64,000 nucleotides of DNA from Octopus vulgaris (taxonomy: Eukaryota), in contig OX597822.1 of the NCBI GenBank assembly GCA_951406725.2, forward strand, positions 52,142,001-52,206,000, read 5' to 3'. This document shows, one piece after another, positions 55,743 through 64,000 of the stretch (the stretch's first letter is position 1; the number at the start of each line of letters is the position of its first letter). The translations under genes and the position numbers were made by a program. The notes below the pieces were generated by a model. It was not told the origin of the DNA. It searched no databases and saw only the letters and a list, made by a program, of their open reading frames with translations.

Positions 55743-58583
55743 CCGACAGGAAAGAAAGGAGTCATGGAGGTGTTGCTATGTACATCCGTGAGGACCTCAC
55801 ACCCCAGGTCCTCTTGTCATACTCAAACTCGGTGTGTGACACACTAATTGTACATATTAGGCAACTTGATGTAGTTGTGTGTGCTACATATCGCCCTCCA
55901 GATGCCCCAAGCCATGTGGGCAAGTTTGAAGACTGCCTTATAAAAATAGAAGAAATTCTAACCACATTAGAACAACACATAGGTGTGCTTCTTATGGGAG
56001 ACTTCAATCTGCCCAATGTCAGATGGCCCGAGGGCCTTTCTCTCCCAGGAATGACAAGATGTGAACGAGGACAGGCGAAGTCCCTCCTGAACCTCATCAA
56101 CACCCTGTACATGGAGCAGGTAATACTCCAACCAACCAGGGCAGGTAACACACTGGATCTCTGCTTCACAAATGACATGGATCTCATCCATAATGTGAAA
56201 GTGACACCGACACTACTCTCGGATCACAACATGATAGAGCTGACCATGTACGGGCCAAAAGAGAGCACGGACATGCAGCCTACAAGAAACCCTCAAAATC
56301 TTTCCAGCTTGAACTACCATAAGGCAAACTGGAAACAAATTGAGAAAGAGATCCTCAAACAAAACTGGCCTAAATGTCTCTCCTCGCCAGACATCGACGT
56401 GAAACTTCAACAATTCATGTCTGTAATGCAAGCCATATGCTACAAATGTGTCCCAGAGAGAAAGGCCACTGTACACAAGAACAAAATCCCCAGAGAGAGG
56501 AAAATTTTAATGAGACGGCGTACGAAATTTTCAAATCGCCTAAACAAACAGATTGAAAGCAGTGAAAAGTCCCGCCTAAAAATAAAACTGTTGGAAATCG
56601 AAAAATGTCTGCAACTCTCCCATGAAAAAGAAAGAGCAGACAAAGAAGCCTGGGCTATAGAAAACATAAAATCTAACCCCAGAGCTTTCTACAGGTATGC
56701 CAAAGAAACAGCTACAGTGCACTGTAGAATAGGGCCACTCCTCGAAAAGGATGGCACACTTACAGGAAAACCAATGAGGGTAAGTGAAATACTGAATGAG
56801 CAATTCAAGAGTGTTTTCACTCCACCCCTTGGGCATCTCCAAATCATCAGAGGCGGCGACGATAGATTACATCGATATAAAGGAAGACGATGTAACCAAG
56901 GCTATAGATGAAATGAAAACAGACTCAGCTACTGGCCCCGATGAATTCCCGGCAATCCTCCTAAAAGCATGTAAGAGAGTCCTAGCAAGACCACTGCAGT
57001 TCCTCTTTCAGAGCTTCCTTGCAGCTGGCAAACTTCCAGGAAAACTGAAGGAAGGTAAAATATGCCCCATTCATAAAGGAGGTAGCAGAGCGGAAGCCAA
57101 GAACTATAGACCTATCTCTCTGACCTCACACATCAGCAAGGTCATGGAACGAATAGTCAGAAGGAAGCTGATCACCTTCCTTGAAGAGAATGACTTGCTG
57201 CCCGACACCCAACATGGTTTCCGACCAGGGAGAAGCTGTTTAACTCAGCTCCTACAACACTATGACTGGGTGCTGAAACGGCTGCTCAACCACTCAAATG
57301 TGGAAGTGATATATCTCGACTTTGCAAAGGCCTTTGATAAAGTCGATCATGGAATGATATGTCACAAACTGCGTGATCTCAACATAGTTGGAAAACTGGG
57401 AGAATGGCTTCATGACTTTCTGAAGGATAGAAGTCAGGTGGTAGTAGCCAATGGGGCCACCTCCATTAACACACAAATAGTGAGCGGTGTTCCGCAGGGC
57501 ACTGTTCTGGGACCACTACTGTTCATAATGGCCCTCTCAGACATGCCCTCAGCCACGCAGAGAGCCACGATCACAAGTTATGCAGATGATACAAAAGTTT
57601 CACAGGCAATACAGAACCCTGAGGACATTAAACACCTGCAATGTGAGCTGGACGAAATATACAAGTGGGCTGAAAAGAATAGCATGCAGTTCAATGCTGG
57701 AAAGTTTCAAGCTTTATACTATCAGCATGCAAAACTGAATGCAATACCCAATGAATACACTGGACCCGGAGGGATTGCAATCCCAGAGGCACAATCAGTG
57801 CGTGACCTGGGTATTCACATGAGTGATGACGCGACCTTTCATGTACATGTTGCTAAACTGACAATGAAATGTAGACGGCTGGCTGGATGGATTCTTAGAA
57901 CCTTTAGAACAAGAGAACAAGAAACCATGATGGTCCTCTGGAAGACACTTGTCCTAAGCCACTTTGACTATTGCTCTCAGCTATGGTCACCATCCAGTGT
58001 CAAGTTGATCACAGAACTTGAGGCGATCCAACGAAGCTACACAAAGAAGATAGCCTCTATGCAGAATGTAAGCTACTGGGAAAGACTCAAGAGATTAAAA
58101 TTATATTGCCTGGAGCGTAGGCGGGAAAGATATGCCATAATATACATCTGGAAGATCCTGGAGGGAAGTGTCCTGAACTTTGGCATCGAGAGTTACGCAA
58201 ATGCCAGAACTGGGCGCCACTGCGTGGTGCCTAGGACTCCAAACCTGCCATCAAGATGTAGGACAAGATTCTGTGATAGCCTGGGCTTCCGAGGCCCACA
58301 GCTCTTCAATATCCTCCCGAAGAACCTGAGAGACCTGCATGGGGTGGATACAGATGTCTTTAAAATGAAGCTGGATCTCTTCCTGTCAGGTGTCCCAGAT
58401 GAACCAACTTCACGGCAGGAGGGGCAGATGAGGGCAGCTGCATCGAACTCTCTCATGCACCAAATAGCAGTTGCTAGAAAGCCTCCATGAAGTGAAACCA
58501 AGTAGCAACACCAAATGGCGGTGCCCCAGCATGGCCACAGCTCATAAGCTGAAACTAGAATCAATCAATCAATCAATCAATCA

Positions 58584-58586
<3 letters not shown>
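55743..58586 (+). mobile_element. CR1-like LINE ORF2 (APE + RT), unit 3 copy; RT portion open at 56796-58490
   Basis: Same insertion point and same shared frameshift as 32890-35732, but without the unit 2 frameshift and stop. Confidence 0.93.
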
Positions 58587-58658
<72 letters not shown>

Positions 58659-59858
58659 TGTATGTGTGTGTGCGTGTGTGTGTGCTAGCAGTATAGCCCG
58701 GCGTTGCTCGGGTTTGTTTTTTAGTTGCGCTTAAAACAGCAGACTTTGATGTCGCGTTAACAAAGTTTTGCCATAGTTTCAATCTATGAATAAAGGTATA
58801 GTGTGGCGATCCTCGAGTTTGCCCTGAATGTGCTGCAAATGTGTAATGCCGACTTCAATTGTTGGTACTGTTAGTTAATATTCCTACTATTAACATTATG
58901 GAGAAAACAATTTACCCGTAGATTTAAAGCAAAATGAAGCTCAAGTTTCGAACTGCACAGAAAATCTATTAAGAAGTTAACACTGCAACAGTATTCATTA
59001 AGAAAAAGTACACAGCAGTAAAAAAATCGTAGAACATAGGGCTTTTCATAGAAAAAAAAGCACCTTTGTGATGTAAATAATTTTTGGTCTTAACATGGTT
59101 CGATTTAATTTTTTTCTTCTACGGAATGAAGAGCAAGCCTTCTATCATACTCTCAATTTTGGTCAACTTGCGTCGCAGGGGCTCGGAGGAGATAGTGTTA
59201 GTTGAAGGCTACCAAACATGCCACACACACACACACAGCTTCAGCTTTATAGATATAGATTCATTCAGAAACACAGTTAATATAAGGCAATGCATAGTAT
59301 AGTCGTTGATGAAATATGGTTACAGCACTTCGAAATAGACAACGTTCTTTGTTCTTTCAGATGGAGCCAAAGCAAATAGGTTGTTCTGACTACCGACTCG
59401 GGAACATCCAACGTATGATTGTCCATGTGAGAAACATGGCTCCTGCAAGTGAAGCCCTGCCACAGATAATGTCTGACCCTGTGGTTTGTTTATGGACATG
59501 GCAAATACAACACGTAGGGGAAACTGTGTCCTTCTGAAACAGTAGGGTGCATCAGCTCCTGATGTCGTAAGTGTAATCTTAGTTATTAAAACGTCCTCTC
59601 TCTTTCCAGAACCGGAAAGGATTTTGTAGACAAATTATTAACATTAGTTATCTCCCTTGCACTGTGTTGAAGCTCAAGTTTCAAACTGCACTGATTTTTG
59701 ATGTAAATAATTTTTGGTCTTAACATGGTCCGGAATGAAGAACAAGCCTTCATCTATCATACTCTCAATTTTGGTCAACTTGCGCCGCAGGGTCTCGGAG
59801 GAGATAGTGTTAGTTGAAGGCTACCAAACCTTCCACACACACAACTTCAGCTTTATAG

Positions 59859-59890
<32 letters not shown>

Positions 59891-60785
59891 TTGTCTGCAT
59901 CCCCCCTCGCCATCGCTTGACAACCGATGCTAGTGCATTTATGTCCCCGTAACTTAGCGGTTCGGCAATTTCTATTGCCGATAGAATAAGTACTAGGCTT
60001 ACAAAGAATAAGTTCTGGGGTAGATTTCTTCGACTAAAACCCTTTATGTCAGTGTTCTAGCATGGCCATAGTCAAATGACTGAAACAAGTAAAAGAATTT
60101 TTAAAAATTAAACATTACCATAATTCACCAAGAATTATTTGTATAAATATAAATTTATAATCAGTCTAAAGAAGCTACAGGTTTTGAAGCAGTTGTCTAC
60201 AAATATTCCCTTTGGAAGAGATGTTCATCAATGCAGGGTCGTTGACCGGCATGAAAGTTTAAGAAAGTTTTACTCCCGCAGCTCAGTGGTTAGGGTGTCA
60301 GCATCATGATCGTAAGGTTGTAGTTTCGATTCCTGGACCGGACGACTCGTTGTGTTCTTCATTTCACATTGCTCCAGTCCACTCAGCTGGCAAAAATGAG
60401 TAACGCTGCGATGGGCTGGCGTCCCGTACAGCTGGGGAACACATATGCCATAGAAATCGGGAAACCGGGCCCATGAGCCTGGCTAGGCTTTAAGAGGGCG
60501 CATTTATTTATTTTTTATATAATTATATCAAATCTTTTACGTTTGCATTTTCGCGGCTGAGTTGAAATTTTGTTTATATTGGAAATAGATTAGAAATACT
60601 AAAATGCAAATAAGAAATAACTCAGCCTAAAAGTTAAATGGATAACTCGGTTGACTATCATTCTAATGAAAAAAATTAAATTTATAGATTAAACAACGAA
60701 ATTGTGGTAGATATATGTTTTATTTTAAAAAATTATATTTGAGGTATCACAATTATTGAAATTATCAAAATAAATTAATAGTTCT

Positions 60786-60803
60786 TCATCCGTACTGTTG
60801 TTT
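60786..60803 (-). CDS. Gene copy 3, predicted terminal coding exon (KQQYG*)
   Basis: ttgcag|AAA CAA CAG TAC GGA TGA. Confidence 0.65.
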   Translation of the reverse strand, partial: KQQYG

Positions 60804-61398
60804 CTGCAATAAAATAAATTTGCAAGAAATTAATATATTTATCGGACTGGATATACACATTGTATTTCAAATTTAGTATGACTAAGTACAATACAAAATT
60901 TAAATTTGAACAATTATACATTATAGATTAAATATCACATGATTATACAAAGTATTAAAAATTCATCAGAGCCCCAGATTTTAAAGCCCAATTCACACTC
61001 TCATAAGCTATATCCTGAAATATCCTGTATATAGAATACTTCACAAATGTATCTCCAAAGAGTTTGTATCACTATTTAAACAGTTGAAAAATAAATATTT
61101 CTTAAATAAACATAAATATTTCTAACATTAAGAGCAATGTCGTGCAAATTTTACATAAGTGTCAATAACATTAAATTGAAAATTGTAAGTCAACCATTTC
61201 TTCCATATATATTATTGAATGTATGCATATATATGAAAAAACTTAGAAGAGAAAAGTTTGTATGCTAAATATCATCTAATTGCTGGGTGATTATTTTCTG
61301 TTTAATATGAGAAATAAAATGGGGGTTGCAAAGGGTAAAGGATGGATTAAATTAGTTACGTTAGGGACAGTAAAACACTAATAAAACACTTTACTCAC

Positions 61399-64000
61399 CT
61401 GACGATAGCAGTCATACTTGGTACACTTGACCTTCCCAATCGAACATCGACAAACATTGCACTTATCTTGACTCATGAACATTTCTCCATCTTTGTAAGA
61501 TTTTCCATAATACTGGCATGTTGTCGGGGGGCAGTACATTTTAGTACAGCTTATTTGACCAAACTGTCCACATCTACAAGTATTGCAGGCATCTTTAAAT
61601 GTTTCACCGACAGAATAAGTTTTTCCTTTATGTATACAGGACTTACTGCATGGTTTTTGCTCACAATCGACTTTCCCATCGGAGTTGCACTGACATTTGT
61701 TGCAATCATTATACCATACAGAACCAATTTCATAAATTTTACCGTTGTAATTACAGGAACAAGGTAATTCAGTGCAGCTAACCGCACCATTATATTGACA
61801 AGTACAAGTATTGCAGCCATCTTTGAATTGATTTCCGAAATTATAAACCTTATTTTTATAAGTACAGGTACATGGGTTTGTTGTGCAGTCTGCTGTCCCA
61901 TCGTCTTTGCATGTGCACGTATTACAGTCCTTTCTAAATGTATTACCTATGTTGTACTTGATTCCATTGGAAATACAGTAACACGGCTTATTTGTACAGC
62001 TTACTCTACCGTTCGTTTCACACCTGCATGTATTACAGCCCTGTTTAAATGTTTCTCCTACTTTATAAATCTGGTTGTTGTACTTACATTCACAATCATT
62101 GGTTGAACATCGGACATATCCAGTTGCTAAACATTCGCATTGATTGCAATCGTCCGAAAATCTATTACCAATTCCATAAGTTTGTCCATTATAAGTACAG
62201 AGGCAGGGTCTGTTTGTACAATCAACTTGTCCGTTATTTTTACATTTGCAAGTATTGCAATCATCCTTGAACTCTGCTCCGAAATTATAAACATTATTTT
62301 TATAAGTACAGGTACATGGGTTTGTTGTGCAGTCTGCTGTCCCATCGTCTTTGCATGTGCACGTATTACAGTCCTTTCTAAATGTATTACCTATGTTGTA
62401 CTTGATTCCATTGGAAACACAGTAACACGGCTTATTTGTACAGCGTACTCTACCATTCGTTTCACACTTGCATGTATTACAGCCCTGTGTAAATGTTTGA
62501 CCTACATTATATATCTGGTTGTTGTAATTACATCGACAAACGTTGGTTGAACATCGGACATATCCAGTTGCTAAACATTCGCATTCATTGCAATCGTCCG
62601 AAAATTTATTGCCAATTCCATAAGTTTGTCCTTTATGAGTACAGCGGCAGGGTCTGTTTGTACAATCAACTTGTCCGTTATTTTTACATTTGCAAGTATT
62701 GCAATCATCCTTGAACTCTGCTCCGAAATTATAAACATTATTTTTATAAGTACAGGTACATGGGTTTGTTGTGCAGTCTACTGTCCCATCGTCTTTGCAT
62801 GTGCACGTATTACAGTCCTTTCTAAATGTATTACCTATGTTGTACTTGATTCCATTGTAAACACAGTAACACGGCTTATTTGTACAGCTTACTCTACCAT
62901 TCGTTTCACACTTGCATGTATTACAGCCCTGTGTAAATGTTTGACCTACATTATATATCTGGTTGTTGTAATTACATCGACAAACGTTGGTTGAACATCG
63001 GACATATCCAGTTGCTAAACATTCGCATTCATTGCAATCGTCCGAAAATTTATTGCCAATTCCATAAGTTTGTCCTTTATGAGTACAGCGGCAGGGTCTG
63101 TTTGTACAATCAACTTGTCCGTTATTTTTACATTTGCAAGTATTACAATCATCCTTGAACTCTGCTCCGAAATCATAAACATTATATTTATAAGTACAGG
63201 TACATGGGTTTGTTGTGCAGTCTACTGACCCATCGGCTTTGCATGTGCACGTATTACAGTCCTTTCTAAATGTATTACCTATGTTGTACTTGATTCCATT
63301 GTAAACACAGTAACACGGCTTATTTGTACAGCTTACTCTACCGTTCGGTTCACACGTGCATGTATTACAGCCCTGTGGAAATGTTTGACCTACATTATAT
63401 ATCTGGTTGTTGTAATTACATCGACAAACCTTGGTTGAACATCGGACATATCCAGTTGCTAAACATTCGCATTCATTGCAATCGTCCGAAAATTTATTGC
63501 CAATTCCATAAGTTTGTCCTTTATGAGTACAGCGGCAGGGTCTGTTTGTACAATCAACTTGTCCGTTATTTTTACATTTGCAAGTATTACAATCATCCTT
63601 GAACTCTGCTCCGAAATCATAAACATTATATTTATAAGTACAGGTACACGGGTTTGTTGTGCAGTCTACTGACCCATCGGCTTTGCATGTGCACGTATTA
63701 CAGTCCTTTCTAAATGTTTTACCTATGTTGTACTTGATTCCATTGTAAACACAGTAACACGGCTTATTTGTACAGCTTACTCTACCGTTCGGTTCACACG
63801 TGCATGTATTACAGCCCTGTGGAAATGTTTGACCAACATTATATATCTGGTTGTTGTAATTACATCGACAAACCTTGGTTGAACATCGGACATATCCAGT
63901 TGCTAAACATTCGCATTCATTGCAATCGTCCGAAAATTTATTACCAATTCCATAAGTTTGTCCTTTATGAGTACAGCGGCAGGGGTTGTTTGTACAATCA
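61399..64000 (-). CDS. Gene copy 3, giant exon (partial, about 23 modules visible; not in the ORF track because its start lies outside the window)
   Basis: Same donor CAG|gtgagt, same C-terminal modules, regular 444-nt period. Confidence 0.9.

Larger units (their letters stand above)
45524..64000. repeat. Segmental tandem duplication unit 3 (truncated by the window end)
   Basis: Colinear with units 1 and 2 up to the middle of the large coding exon. Confidence 0.95.

Noticed and set aside
55709-58490. Active LINE or domesticated RT gene
   Set aside because: 5'-truncated inside the endonuclease, no ORF1, frameshift between the EN and RT parts, and the sister copy has gained further disabling mutations.

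Overview
Eukaryotic, AT-rich, microsatellite- and SINE-dense DNA. The SINE repertoire suggests an octopus/cephalopod genome (inference, not checked). The window is a head-to-tail segmental tandem array with a ~22-23.6 kb period: position 1 corresponds to 23634 and to 45524. Each unit carries one minus-strand, apparently 3-exon gene. It has a TATA promoter, a signal-peptide exon (MLRLLLLVTVAISYVNSYN), one giant exon of 37-aa six-cysteine VWC/pacifastin-like modules, and a tiny terminal exon (KQQYG*). Copy 1 has 36 modules (1372 aa), copy 2 has 32 (1224 aa), and copy 3 is cut off by the window end. Sequence at the left edge implies a fourth copy. The module arrays are organised in 444-bp (ABCD) and 333-bp (AB-C/D chimera) higher-order repeats. 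These are reshuffled between paralogs whose flanks look nearly identical. Amino-acid changes cluster in the loop equivalent to the pacifastin reactive site. The rest is mobile DNA: two CR1/L2-clade LINE families, three tRNA-derived SINE families, a Helitron remnant with a PIF1-like helicase fragment, a Tc1/mariner remnant, and a Penelope-like element whose inverted terminal repeats each carry a hammerhead ribozyme motif. All comparisons were made by eye, with no alignment or database tools.
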